A stretch of 32,000 bases of DNA from Candidatus Harpocratesius repetitus (GCA_021498095.1 JAIZWK010000001.1:2880001-2912000), one strand, 5' to 3'; positions 7,557 through 17,040 are shown, counted from the first letter of the stretch. Notes: generated by a model not told the origin, from the sequence alone. Numbers and translations are program-made.

Positions 7557-10121
7557 TTATGCATTACTGGAAAGAATATTATTACGAATGAATAATACAT
7601 CTAATTCAGAAAATTCTGTCACTCGAATAAGAGACGGCGATTTTAATCCAAAACGGATTCTTTTCATTATTGCTTTTAAGTCTCCTATAAAAGTAGTTGG
7701 AGATATCATATGAATTAAATCAATTAAAACTTTTATCAATTGTGCTGTTTTTTCTGTAAGATGTAGAAGATCATTAATTGAAAATCTGCTATTTCTTAAT
7801 TTCTGAATTTTTTTGATGATATATTTATAATCATACTCTGAAATCCACAGATTTAGGCAAGTATTAATTTGATTGGCATCAATTTGAAATAAATTTTGGA
7901 TAATTGGAATTAATCCTGGAAGAATTTGAATCAAGGTTAATTGTACAGATGATTTAATTAGATGTTTAGCAAAAAAATAAAGAGGTAAAATATATTTGGG
8001 AAGAAGGAAATTATTTAAGCATATTTTTCCCAAATTAGTGCATCGAAAACGGGGAAATGCAGTCTCTTTTTCAATTTTAATTTCTTCAATGACATTATAT
8101 TTTCCTAAATTCTCAACGATAGATCTTTGAAAAATACTTTTATAACAAATTCTTTCTGCATCTTTTTGAAAAGTTGATATATTTATTTGGTTTCTTGAAT
8201 CTGAAAATTCTACCTTTTGAATTGGTGAGAATAGACGCAATTTTTCATTTTTTGATATATATTCTATGTTTCTTAATCTATGCAGAATAATCGTAAGCAA
8301 ATAGACTAAAAAATCATCATTGTCAAAGGGAAATTTAGAATAAGTATTTGTAAATTTAAAGTTGAATTCGTTTTTTGTTATTCTCGCATACCTAACACCT
8401 TTACTAATTAATAGTTGCACACAAAAAGTTGAATCTTGGTTTTCTGGTTTTCTTTCAAATTTTTTATTATATTTTAAATTAACCTTAAATATCAACTCTT
8501 TTTCTGGAGAATACTCTAAAATTATTACAGAATAACTTCTTTTCTTCAAAAATAATTCTGAAATTTTATTTGACAAAACCATAATCATAGATATTATATC
8601 TAAAGGATAAAGGTTAATTTGAGCCCCAACAGGAATATTTTTCCTAGAATTATAACTATGAAAAGTAGTCCTTAGAAAATCTTCTAATTCAAAGAAATTT
8701 GATGAACCTTGTTCATATATTCTAAGAAGAACAATCTCTTCCAGTATATCTTGACTAAAACTTATCGAAGATTGAATATTTTGATATTTTGGAATTAAGG
8801 ATTTGTTATTCTTAGTGGTGAAATAGTTTTGGATCAACCATTCCCTTTCTTGAAAATTATCAACCAAAATATATGCATAACCATTAGACTCATACTCCAT
8901 CCTGCCAGCTCTTCCACAAATTTGGTGAAATTCATTACAATTGATTATTTTTTTTTTATATTTTTTTCTTTTATCAGTATTTTTTTTGAACATTGGATTA
9001 ATTGCATGATCTTCAACTTTCTCATAAAGAAAGATTGACTTTAAAATTACTATTTTTGCAGGTGTATTGATTCCTGCACTTAAAGTCGATGTAGCAACTA
9101 AAATTTTTATTAAACCATGTAAATATAATTGTTCAATCAATAATCTTTCATCTGTGGATAATCCTGCATGATGATATCCTAATCCATTTTGTATATATTT
9201 CCATTGCCTAATATTTCGAAAATCGATATTTTGAAAATTTTCAGTTAAATATTGAAGTAAATACATTTTATCTGCTTGAAATTGGGTGATAATAGGTTCA
9301 TGTAATAAAAAGTCGCATGTCTTTTCAGTATCGTTCCTAGAATACGTAAAAACTAAAATTGAACTATTATTTGCAATGGATTTTTCTAAAATTTTTTTAA
9401 TAGAGTTATTTTTGTTTTTACTTATTTGAATTAAATATTTTAAATCAGTTGGACGCAGATTAGTCGTGATTAAATGAAGCTTTTTATCAGGATTGTGAAA
9501 TTTATAAATTTTAGCACACCATTGATGAAATACTTCAGGATTTCCGATTGTTGCAGAAAAAAATAAGATTTGAACCTTATTTGATGAATTTAGAATTCGT
9601 ATGATTAAATTTTCTAGACGAGCACCACGATCTTTTTCTCCCAGAATATGAATTTCATCTATTATTACTAATCCAATTTGATGAATCCATGAGTTTTGCA
9701 TTTTTGAACGTAAAAAGGAATCGAATTTTTCATAAGTCATAAAATATAGATCAGCAAATTCAAGATTTTTCTTTGATACTTCAATTCCTCCTGTAGTCTG
9801 AGCAAATTTATAACCAAATTGTCGATATCTCCTATAAAATAAAAAATATTTTTCAGAAACTAATGCTCTATATGGTAATAAAAACAAAACTTTTCCTTCA
9901 TTTTTTGAAATTCTATGGATAGCAGCTAATTCAGCTACAAGAGTTTTACCACTTCCTGAAGGTGTGCATAACAAAAAGGAGTTTCCTTGAAATAATCCCT
10001 TAGCTACAACTTGAAATTGACTTTCAAATAAATTGGTAATATGGTCTTTTTTTAGTATTTTAATAAATTTCTCATTGAATCCATATTTAGATAATAATGA
10101 TATTGGATATTGCTTAACCAT
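7557..10121 (-). CDS. hel308: Ski2-like SF2 helicase, Hel308 family (divergent, possibly a paralog)
   Basis: Motif I TPSGSGKT, II DEIH, III SATIGN, HHAGL, V ATSTLSAGINTPA and VI QICGRAGR. Winged-helix start LEEIVLLRI...FLRTTF and a later TNLG motif. Confidence 0.85.
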   Translation of the reverse strand: MVKQYPISLLSKYGFNEKFIKILKKDHITNLFESQFQVVAKGLFQGNSFLLCTPSGSGKTLVAELAAIHRISKNEGKVLFLLPYRALVSEKYFLFYRRYRQFGYKFAQTTGGIEVSKKNLEFADLYFMTYEKFDSFLRSKMQNSWIHQIGLVIIDEIHILGEKDRGARLENLIIRILNSSNKVQILFFSATIGNPEVFHQWCAKIYKFHNPDKKLHLITTNLRPTDLKYLIQISKNKNNSIKKILEKSIANNSSILVFTYSRNDTEKTCDFLLHEPIITQFQADKMYLLQYLTENFQNIDFRNIRQWKYIQNGLGYHHAGLSTDERLLIEQLYLHGLIKILVATSTLSAGINTPAKIVILKSIFLYEKVEDHAINPMFKKNTDKRKKYKKKIINCNEFHQICGRAGRMEYESNGYAYILVDNFQEREWLIQNYFTTKNNKSLIPKYQNIQSSISFSQDILEEIVLLRIYEQGSSNFFELEDFLRTTFHSYNSRKNIPVGAQINLYPLDIISMIMVLSNKISELFLKKRSYSVIILEYSPEKELIFKVNLKYNKKFERKPENQDSTFCVQLLISKGVRYARITKNEFNFKFTNTYSKFPFDNDDFLVYLLTIILHRLRNIEYISKNEKLRLFSPIQKVEFSDSRNQINISTFQKDAERICYKSIFQRSIVENLGKYNVIEEIKIEKETAFPRFRCTNLGKICLNNFLLPKYILPLYFFAKHLIKSSVQLTLIQILPGLIPIIQNLFQIDANQINTCLNLWISEYDYKYIIKKIQKLRNSRFSINDLLHLTEKTAQLIKVLIDLIHMISPTTFIGDLKAIMKRIRFGLKSPSLIRVTEFSELDVLFIRNNILSSNA

Positions 10122-10266
10122 TATTTTTAGATCTTAATCAGCTTTATCATTTCCTAAATTTTCTTTTAATTAAGAATAAATTAAATCATTAAACTCAAAT
10201 TGTATTTATTTTCACATAACAAATTTTTTTAGGTACAAGCGACAAATTCTTATTAATTTATTAAAA

Positions 10267-10274
10267 TTTATAAA
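10267..10274 (+). promoter_or_regulatory. Putative archaeal TATA box for the coiled-coil gene
   Basis: TTTATAAA preceded by an A-rich BRE-like stretch, ~30 nt upstream of the ATG at 10305. The AT-rich background lowers specificity. Confidence 0.4.
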
Positions 10275-10304
10275 ATATGCATTTGAAAAAGTGAAGTGAA
10301 AAAT

Positions 10305-11417
10305 ATGAGTATAGATTGGCAAAAAGTGAAAGAAAAGCCGGATAAACCCCATAAAGTATTAGGACAAACACTTCTTGATCAACGAGGTAAGATAAATGAT
10401 CTAGAAAATAATCTTCAAAAAACCACCCAAGCATTAAATAAAAATATGACTGAACTTGAAACTGCCAAAAGTCAAATTGAATCGCTTCAAAAGAGTGTAG
10501 ATGATTTAAACAATTCAATTACATCAAAAGATAAAGAAATTCAAACATTGACTAATAATTTACAATCAGTTCAAAGTGAAAGAGATCAACTTAAACAATC
10601 ACTAGATACAATATCTGCACAAAAAGCTCAACTTGAATCGGATAAGAATTCTCTTGAACAGATTAAAAGCAATTTAGAACAACAAAAAACCACCTTAGAA
10701 CAAGCAAAGAATACTTTAGATATGGAAATCAATACCTTAAAAGCTCAATTAACAGAAATCCAAGATGAAGTTGAAAATCATAAACAAAATGAAATTGATT
10801 TACAAGCAAAGATTAACGAATTAAATGAGCAAATTAATCAACTAAAACAAGAAATCGTCACTTTACAAGGAACAATTGATGAAAAGAATAAACAAATTGG
10901 AGAAATGTCAACAAATCTTGCTCAAAATGAAGCAAGAATAAATGAATTAACAGGAACTATCGAAACAAAGAGCACAGAACTCGAAGGAATGGTTTCAAAG
11001 AAAGATGATATGATTAATCAATTAAATAAAAAAGTAGATGAATTAACAAAAGAATTGGAAGAGAAGAAAGCAGAAATTTCTAAATACTTAAATAAAGTTC
11101 AAGATATGGAAACAAGATTGGCAGATAATACTCAAGATCTTAAAATTCAAGAACTCTTAAATAAAATTGAAGATTTGGAAGGAAAAATTGCTGAAAAAGA
11201 TAGTAAAATTGAAGAATATGAAGCCAAGATCACTGAACTTGAACCCGCAATTCCTGAAGTCACTACTTATGGAACAGACACTCGAATTATCTGTCCAATG
11301 TGCAATAGTACTGAAATCGTTGATTTTGAAGATAAAACCAAAGTTTTAAGTTATGTTGGTCATGTTCCATTATACGCTAAGAAAAAACGCTGTAGAAAAT
11401 GCGGATATGAATTTTAA
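10305..11417 (+). CDS. Long coiled-coil protein with C-terminal Zn ribbon
   Basis: About 280 aa of continuous heptads rich in E/K/Q/N/L. C-terminal CPMC...CRKCGYEF. ATG at 10305 is preferred over the GTG at 10296. Confidence 0.8.
   Translation: MSIDWQKVKEKPDKPHKVLGQTLLDQRGKINDLENNLQKTTQALNKNMTELETAKSQIESLQKSVDDLNNSITSKDKEIQTLTNNLQSVQSERDQLKQSLDTISAQKAQLESDKNSLEQIKSNLEQQKTTLEQAKNTLDMEINTLKAQLTEIQDEVENHKQNEIDLQAKINELNEQINQLKQEIVTLQGTIDEKNKQIGEMSTNLAQNEARINELTGTIETKSTELEGMVSKKDDMINQLNKKVDELTKELEEKKAEISKYLNKVQDMETRLADNTQDLKIQELLNKIEDLEGKIAEKDSKIEEYEAKITELEPAIPEVTTYGTDTRIICPMCNSTEIVDFEDKTKVLSYVGHVPLYAKKKRCRKCGYEF
10632..10736 (+). repeat. Five imperfect 21-nt in-frame repeats encoding heptads
   Basis: LESDKNS/LEQIKSN/LEQQKTT/LEQAKNT/LDMEINT; each DNA unit starts with cttgaa, ttagaa or ttagat. 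Confidence 0.6.
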
Positions 11418-11450
11418 TTCTTTTAGTAGTATAACTTTTTTATCAATTTG

Positions 11451-11490
11451 TTTTCATTCTTTTTCATTGTTTTTCATTCTTTTTCATTTT
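11451..11490 (+). repeat. Four tandem 10-bp units TTTTCATT(C/G/T)T, probably part of an oligo-T terminator region
   Basis: ttttcattct ttttcattgt ttttcattct ttttcatttt, 33 nt after the stop of the coiled-coil gene. Confidence 0.75.
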
Positions 11491-11695
11491 TTATTAATAA
11501 TCTGACAGAAATAAAAAAATATAATAAATTTTTTTAATCAAAACCACTTTTTCGATAGTTTTTGGGCTATTTTGTAATTTTTCTTAAAGATTTGATAATT
11601 AATTAAACATAATTTGAATTTTAAAGAAAATACTCCTTATTCAATTGTTAATAGTATGGATAATTTTAAAATTACTCCAATCTTATGAAGTGTTA

Positions 11696-12499
11696 ATGCC
11701 TAAGCAAATTACAGAGATTCATCCTAACATTAAAAATTATCCATTAATTTCAGCGAATCTTTCAGGAAAACGAGTTTCACATTTTATATTATTGATAGAA
11801 GTATGGATCACTCTCATTCTAATGTATTATATCAATAAAGGTTATTATTCTCATATTTTTAAAGGGCAAACATGGAGTTATCTTTTACTTCCTATTTTTA
11901 TTTATGGGATAGTATGGCAATTTTACATTCTTACAATTTTAATCTCTGGATTGGTTTATCATCTTATTAGAATTATAGAACCACCAAAAGAAGGTTTATT
12001 TGATCTTTCAAGTAGAGAATCTCAGTTTTATTTTGTTAGGTTTTGGATCTGCTATTATGCTTTTTATGTGGCTCGTGCAATGCCTCTTCCTTGGGCAGAT
12101 ATGTATTATTATCGAGTTTTTGGTTCACATATAGGTAAAAATATAGTTCTTTATGATAGCTGGATTGATCCAGAAATGGTTGATATCGAAGATAACTGTA
12201 TGATTAGTTTAAACACCCAATTAATTGCTCATGCCATCATTGGAAATCAACTATATGTTAAGCGAGTTGTTATTAAAAAAAGTGGAATTGCTGGGGGAGG
12301 TGCAATTGTTGCGCCAGGAACAATAGTTCGTGAAGGAGCAGTACTTGGGGGAGGTTGTACATCACATTTTAATCAAGAACTTGCACCATATTGTATTCAT
12401 GTAGGATCTCCCGCAAAAATCGCATTACCAATAAAAATTAAAAAAGAATCAAATAATCATGAAAAAGAAAAAAAACCAGAGGAAAAAGAAAAAAAATGA
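11696..12499 (+). CDS. Membrane-anchored left-handed beta-helix (acyltransferase-like) protein, paralog 1
   Basis: Two or three hydrophobic segments, then EPPKEGLF, YYRVFGSHIGKNIVL, IDPEMVDIEDN, hexapeptide-like IVAPGTIVREGAVLG and terminal GSPA. ATG at 11696 is preferred over the TTG at 11645. Confidence 0.75.
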   Translation: MPKQITEIHPNIKNYPLISANLSGKRVSHFILLIEVWITLILMYYINKGYYSHIFKGQTWSYLLLPIFIYGIVWQFYILTILISGLVYHLIRIIEPPKEGLFDLSSRESQFYFVRFWICYYAFYVARAMPLPWADMYYYRVFGSHIGKNIVLYDSWIDPEMVDIEDNCMISLNTQLIAHAIIGNQLYVKRVVIKKSGIAGGGAIVAPGTIVREGAVLGGGCTSHFNQELAPYCIHVGSPAKIALPIKIKKESNNHEKEKKPEEKEKK

Positions 12500-13338
12500 G
12501 CAGTCCTACAAGTACCAAATTAACACCTCCTATTTATGTTGATCCCCGAATTCGTCGCAGATTCATTTGGTTATATCTGATACAAATCTGGATTTCTCTC
12601 ATACCAGCAGCATTTCTTTTATTTTGGATTTTATATCCATGGTTTATCCAAATATTACCAAGTATTCTTAATTTTCCAGAGATTTCATGGACTCTTCCGA
12701 ATTTATTGAAAAAATGGTGGCAATATCCAACTTGGGTGGCAGTTATTTTTCTTCCTATTTTATTAGGTTTAGTATATGTAATTACAGTAATATGGTCTGC
12801 TTGTGTAACTAAAATCTTGCATATTCTCTTAAATAAACTACATCCTCCAAAAGAAGGGGTTTTTTATCGACATCCAAAAGATAAGGACTATTTATTTTGG
12901 AATCTACGAAATTTAACTCGAATTTTCCTATTTTGGTTGAATTATTCAAGCCCTTTTATATTTTTTAAGAAAAAATTTACCTTCTCTTTTTTTGGAGTAA
13001 GAATTGGTAAAAATTCAGAAATCAATCACACTTGGATTTCACCAGAATTTATTGAAATTGGAAATAACGTTATTATTGGCCAATCAGCGGCTATTTATTC
13101 CTATTTGATTCAAGGTGATAAAATTCTTGTAGCTAAAACAATTATCGAAGATAATGTTCAAATTGGTCCACAAGTTATTTTATTACCAGGAACTCATGTA
13201 AAAGAAAGAACAATTATTGATGGAGGTTCATTTTCTCACCCTTTTACAATAATGGAAGAAAACTCAGTTTATAGTGGTTGTCCTACAGAAAGAAAAATGT
13301 CAATTTCAGAACTACAGAAAAAAATTTTTCAACAATAA
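12496..13338 (+). CDS. Membrane-anchored left-handed beta-helix (acyltransferase-like) protein, paralog 2
   Basis: TM segments, then HPPKEGVF, FFGVRIGKNSEI, ISPEFIEIGNNVIIG, ILLPGTHV and terminal GCP. ATGA overlap with paralog 1. Confidence 0.75.
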   Translation: MSSPTSTKLTPPIYVDPRIRRRFIWLYLIQIWISLIPAAFLLFWILYPWFIQILPSILNFPEISWTLPNLLKKWWQYPTWVAVIFLPILLGLVYVITVIWSACVTKILHILLNKLHPPKEGVFYRHPKDKDYLFWNLRNLTRIFLFWLNYSSPFIFFKKKFTFSFFGVRIGKNSEINHTWISPEFIEIGNNVIIGQSAAIYSYLIQGDKILVAKTIIEDNVQIGPQVILLPGTHVKERTIIDGGSFSHPFTIMEENSVYSGCPTERKMSISELQKKIFQQ

Positions 13339-13417
13339 ACTAAATCATTCTTGATCTTAATAAATACTAATTAACCAAGCGCGAAATCCTTAAATTTTCT
13401 GAAGAGTTAAATTATCC

Positions 13418-14236
13418 ATGTTTGAAAAACTCATTACATGGTGGACAACTGTTGAAAAACCCAAAGCAGAAAGAGTCTATTTAAAAGGAAAACCTATAAG
13501 AATGCTGACTTACTTTCTTTTAACTTATGGGTTAGGATTATTGACAGCATGGCTAATATCACTTTGGGATAGTGTGCTTACTCATTTACCAGATGGTAGA
13601 TATGCATTTGAATCATGGGCTTTTTCATATTTTGTTCGATTCTTTTTAATGGTTATTCCTATTGTTGTTTCCATGACCATTAATAGTAAAACTAAAACCC
13701 CTGCTTATGGTTTCTCTGCAATTGGTGGTTTTTTTATTGCAGCTCTTACATTTATTCCAATGAAACCTTATTATGGCTTGTATATGGCGTATGTAGTTTC
13801 TTTAGCAATTTTAGGAAATATACCAAGTCAAGGTAATTTCACTCTTAAATGGTATCATCTGTTATATTATTTTCTTTTGGGAATTTATGCATGCTATATT
13901 AACACAATTTATCAAATGCTTGAATGGGATGTATGGGTATGGTTACAGATGATTCATGTACACCTTTTCGTGGTTATCATCGCTGCGGTCAAAATACGAC
14001 AATGGAGTTATATGTATATGTTTGGTTGGGCATTTTGCGCTATAATCACATTCTTTTTGCCAACCGACATGTTTATATTTCGGATTCTTGATGTTGACGT
14101 GTTCCCGATTGCAAACTTGCAATTAACTGCAGGATATAATTTAATAGTGCCTCCAATGTTGACAATGGTTATAATGTATTATTTCTTTAACATTCAGCGC
14201 AAGGTCCAAGCGCGCTATATCGGAATGGATAAATAA
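13418..14236 (+). CDS. Polytopic membrane protein of unknown function (~8 TM)
   Basis: 272 aa, mostly hydrophobic and aromatic-rich segments. A possible own promoter (gcgaaatccttaaat) lies at ~13381-13395. Confidence 0.7.
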   Translation: MFEKLITWWTTVEKPKAERVYLKGKPIRMLTYFLLTYGLGLLTAWLISLWDSVLTHLPDGRYAFESWAFSYFVRFFLMVIPIVVSMTINSKTKTPAYGFSAIGGFFIAALTFIPMKPYYGLYMAYVVSLAILGNIPSQGNFTLKWYHLLYYFLLGIYACYINTIYQMLEWDVWVWLQMIHVHLFVVIIAAVKIRQWSYMYMFGWAFCAIITFFLPTDMFIFRILDVDVFPIANLQLTAGYNLIVPPMLTMVIMYYFFNIQRKVQARYIGMDK

Positions 14237-14384
14237 AGAAATTTATTAAATTATCTTACCGTAAACGATAATTGTTCGCATCTTTTTGAATTATATTTTT
14301 TTTTGCCGGTTTAAGGTTGTTTTTTTGCGATTTATTAACATTTTATTATTAAACCTTAAGCCCTATTATTCATATTCTTTAATT

Positions 14385-15548
14385 ATGGGAACAAAATTCC
14401 ATTTACCAACTATTTATTTAACTTCTCCTGTTTTCTTTGAAATTGCAAATCATCCAAAAGTTTCGAAAAAATTCAGCCAGAAAATTATGTATCTTCGAAA
14501 TAAATTAGAAGAATGTTCCAATTTAAAGATTTCAGCGGAAAGATTTCCATCTACAACCAAAATTATTCAAGATATAACAAAATTTCAAGTGGATTTCATA
14601 GGATGTCATATTAGCCATCCAATCAAAAAAGAAATCATGGAAATACCAACAATTAAAGCAGTTTGCACAAGCACGGTGGGATATGATCATGTTCAACTGG
14701 ATCCTCGAGTTTTAATTACTCACACACCTTCGATTTTGCATAAATCGGTAGCAGATTTTACAATTGCCTTGATTTTAGCGAATTTACGAAATCTCAATCA
14801 TCTGCATAATTTCCTATGGGAAGGTAATTGGGAAAGAACAAAAAAATGGGATTTAGATGAAAATTTAACAAATATATTGGACAATCTCACAGTCGGGATA
14901 ATTGGTTTAGGTGAAATTGGAACTGAATTGGTAAAAAGACTTGCACCTTGGGGAATTCGAATTTTATATTATGATTTAAATCGTAACTCAATTTTAGAGA
15001 ATAAATTTACAAATTTAAAATATTATTCAGATATAAAAGAAGTTTTACAGCAATCTCAAGTAATTTCTTTACATGTACCTTTGAATTCTTCGACAAAAGG
15101 AATGATTTCAGAAAAGGAACTTCGTTTACTACAGCCAAATACACTCTTGGTGAATACAGCTCGAGGTGCTGTTATTGACTTTTCTTCTTTAATCAATTTA
15201 TTAAAAAAAAAGGAAATTTCTATTCATTTAGCCTTCGATGTATATCCTGAAGAACCCATCAATCCTGAGATTCTTGAAGAATTTAAAATAATCCAAAAAA
15301 TGCGACCAGAATTACGATTTATTTTTATCCCGCATAATGCCAGCTCAGACGCCGATACTAGAGCACAAATGAGTATCATGATGCTTGAAGATCTTCTTAC
15401 CTTTGCTAATTCTCATAAACCTGAAGATTTAAGAAAGATTCATTTAATTCCAGAATTAAGAAATTTAATTACTGAAAAAAACTTAAAAAAAGTCGAAAAA
15501 GAATGGAAATCATATCGTATTTGGAATTGGTGGTATGATTCTAAATGA
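14385..15548 (+). CDS. D-isomer-specific 2-hydroxyacid dehydrogenase (glyoxylate/hydroxypyruvate reductase-like)
   Basis: STVGYDHV; Rossmann GIIGLGEIG with an acidic YYD; LHVPLN; catalytic Arg (VNTARG), Glu (DVYPEEP) and His (PHNAS). ATG at 14385 is preferred over the TTG at 14286. Confidence 0.85.
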   Translation: MGTKFHLPTIYLTSPVFFEIANHPKVSKKFSQKIMYLRNKLEECSNLKISAERFPSTTKIIQDITKFQVDFIGCHISHPIKKEIMEIPTIKAVCTSTVGYDHVQLDPRVLITHTPSILHKSVADFTIALILANLRNLNHLHNFLWEGNWERTKKWDLDENLTNILDNLTVGIIGLGEIGTELVKRLAPWGIRILYYDLNRNSILENKFTNLKYYSDIKEVLQQSQVISLHVPLNSSTKGMISEKELRLLQPNTLLVNTARGAVIDFSSLINLLKKKEISIHLAFDVYPEEPINPEILEEFKIIQKMRPELRFIFIPHNASSDADTRAQMSIMMLEDLLTFANSHKPEDLRKIHLIPELRNLITEKNLKKVEKEWKSYRIWNWWYDSK

Positions 15549-15573
15549 AATTGTTAGTGTGAGTAATTTCTTA

Positions 15574-16971
15574 TTATTTTGAACAAAGTTGATATAATTC
15601 TGTATCACAACCTTTTTTATAATGTTGCTCCCAAATATTTTTAGGGAGATGTTTACCACCTGAAAGCCAAATAATATGAGTGGAATTTTTCATCTTATCC
15701 AAAATCGAATGATTCTTAAGATAATTACTATAACGTTCTGCTTGATACAAATGAACTGGGCCTAAAATAACCCCACTACTGGAAGGTTCAATTTTTATCT
15801 TTTCAGAATCCCAAATTAATGATAATAAACCTAACAAATCTTGCTCAGTAACAGTGTATATTCCAGTAATCAAAGGTTCAACCAATCTCCCAACAAATTC
15901 AGAAGGACTTGGACAAGCTAAACCATCTGCAAGAGTTTCGCATGATATTCCAAACATTTTTGGAGATATTTCATGATGTTTTTCTGTTAGCAATCCAAGT
16001 AACATACTGGGGCAAGCAACTGGTTCTGTAAATATACAATGCACATTATCTCCGTAAAGCATTTTTAATCCAGTGGTTATTCCACCAGGTGAAGTACCAA
16101 CGCCACAAGGAAGATAAACAAATAGAGGATGATCTTCATCCACTAGTATTTTCTGTTGATTTAATTGATTTTTCAGTTCAAGAGCAGCAGTCGCATAGCC
16201 TATAAATAAATTAGATGATCGTTCATCATCAATGAAAAATACTGTAGGATCATTTGATGCTTCATTTCGACCGATTTTTACTGCTTCATTGTAATCCCCT
16301 TGGATTTCAATTATATTTATACCCAAACTTCGTAATTTTTGCTTTTTCCACTCTTTTGCATCACTAGACATATAGATTTTTGTTTTAAACCCTAATTTAT
16401 TAGCAATTATTCCAATACTATAACCTAAATTACCGGTTGATCCTACTGAAATTGTGTATTTCTCAAAAAAATTACGAAATTTTTGTTCTGAAATTGTTTT
16501 ATATGAAGAATTCTCATTAAATCTCCATTTATCTTGTAATAATCTATCTGTAATTTTTAAAACTTCAAAAATGCCGCCACGTGCTTTAATTGAGCCGGCA
16601 ATAGCTAAATCATTATCACATTTTGCAAAAACACGCCCAATAATTGATGTATTTCCGATATTTTGTAGTTTTTCTTTAATTTTATCTATTTCAAAAAGTG
16701 AAGATTGGATTTTTCCTTTCGTTTTTTCAGTTTCTGGGAAAAGTTCTTGAAACAATGGAGAAAAACGATCCCAAAGTGATTGAGCTTTCAAAATTTCTTT
16801 TAATGAGAAACCTTTCTTATCAATCTGTTCTTTTACAAAATTAAGTCGTTGTAATCGTGGATTAAACCAAAAGATTTCCCTAAACTTCATCAATGGTTCT
16901 AAAAGAGGTACTTTTTCTTTCCAGACTTTTAAAGAAACTCCATCTATTAAAGTATTCTCATTCATGTGCAA
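15574..16971 (-). CDS. dsdA: D-serine dehydratase (D-serine ammonia-lyase), PLP-dependent
   Basis: KCDNDLAIAGSIKARGG (PLP lysine), GSTGNLG, DDERSSNLFIGYATAA, LFVYLPCGVG, EPVACPSMLLG, ADGLA and IKIEPS, all characteristic of DsdA. The start could be 16965. Confidence 0.92.
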   Translation of the reverse strand: MHMNENTLIDGVSLKVWKEKVPLLEPLMKFREIFWFNPRLQRLNFVKEQIDKKGFSLKEILKAQSLWDRFSPLFQELFPETEKTKGKIQSSLFEIDKIKEKLQNIGNTSIIGRVFAKCDNDLAIAGSIKARGGIFEVLKITDRLLQDKWRFNENSSYKTISEQKFRNFFEKYTISVGSTGNLGYSIGIIANKLGFKTKIYMSSDAKEWKKQKLRSLGINIIEIQGDYNEAVKIGRNEASNDPTVFFIDDERSSNLFIGYATAALELKNQLNQQKILVDEDHPLFVYLPCGVGTSPGGITTGLKMLYGDNVHCIFTEPVACPSMLLGLLTEKHHEISPKMFGISCETLADGLACPSPSEFVGRLVEPLITGIYTVTEQDLLGLLSLIWDSEKIKIEPSSSGVILGPVHLYQAERYSNYLKNHSILDKMKNSTHIIWLSGGKHLPKNIWEQHYKKGCDTELYQLCSK

Positions 16972-17040
16972 TTAAATTTATTGAGATAACTATAGAATAA
17001 AAATATTTTTCATAAAGAACAGCTAATGAGAATATAATAG

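Noticed and set aside
8945-8970. Poly-T/poly-A homopolymer runs (also near 3378-3387 and 22222-22231) as phase-variation switches
   Set aside because: They encode poly-Lys or lie in AT-rich spacers, reading frames are intact, and such runs are expected at this GC content.
10305-11417. Calling the coiled-coil protein SMC because ScpA is in the window
   Set aside because: It has no Walker A/B, signature motif or hinge, and is far too short.
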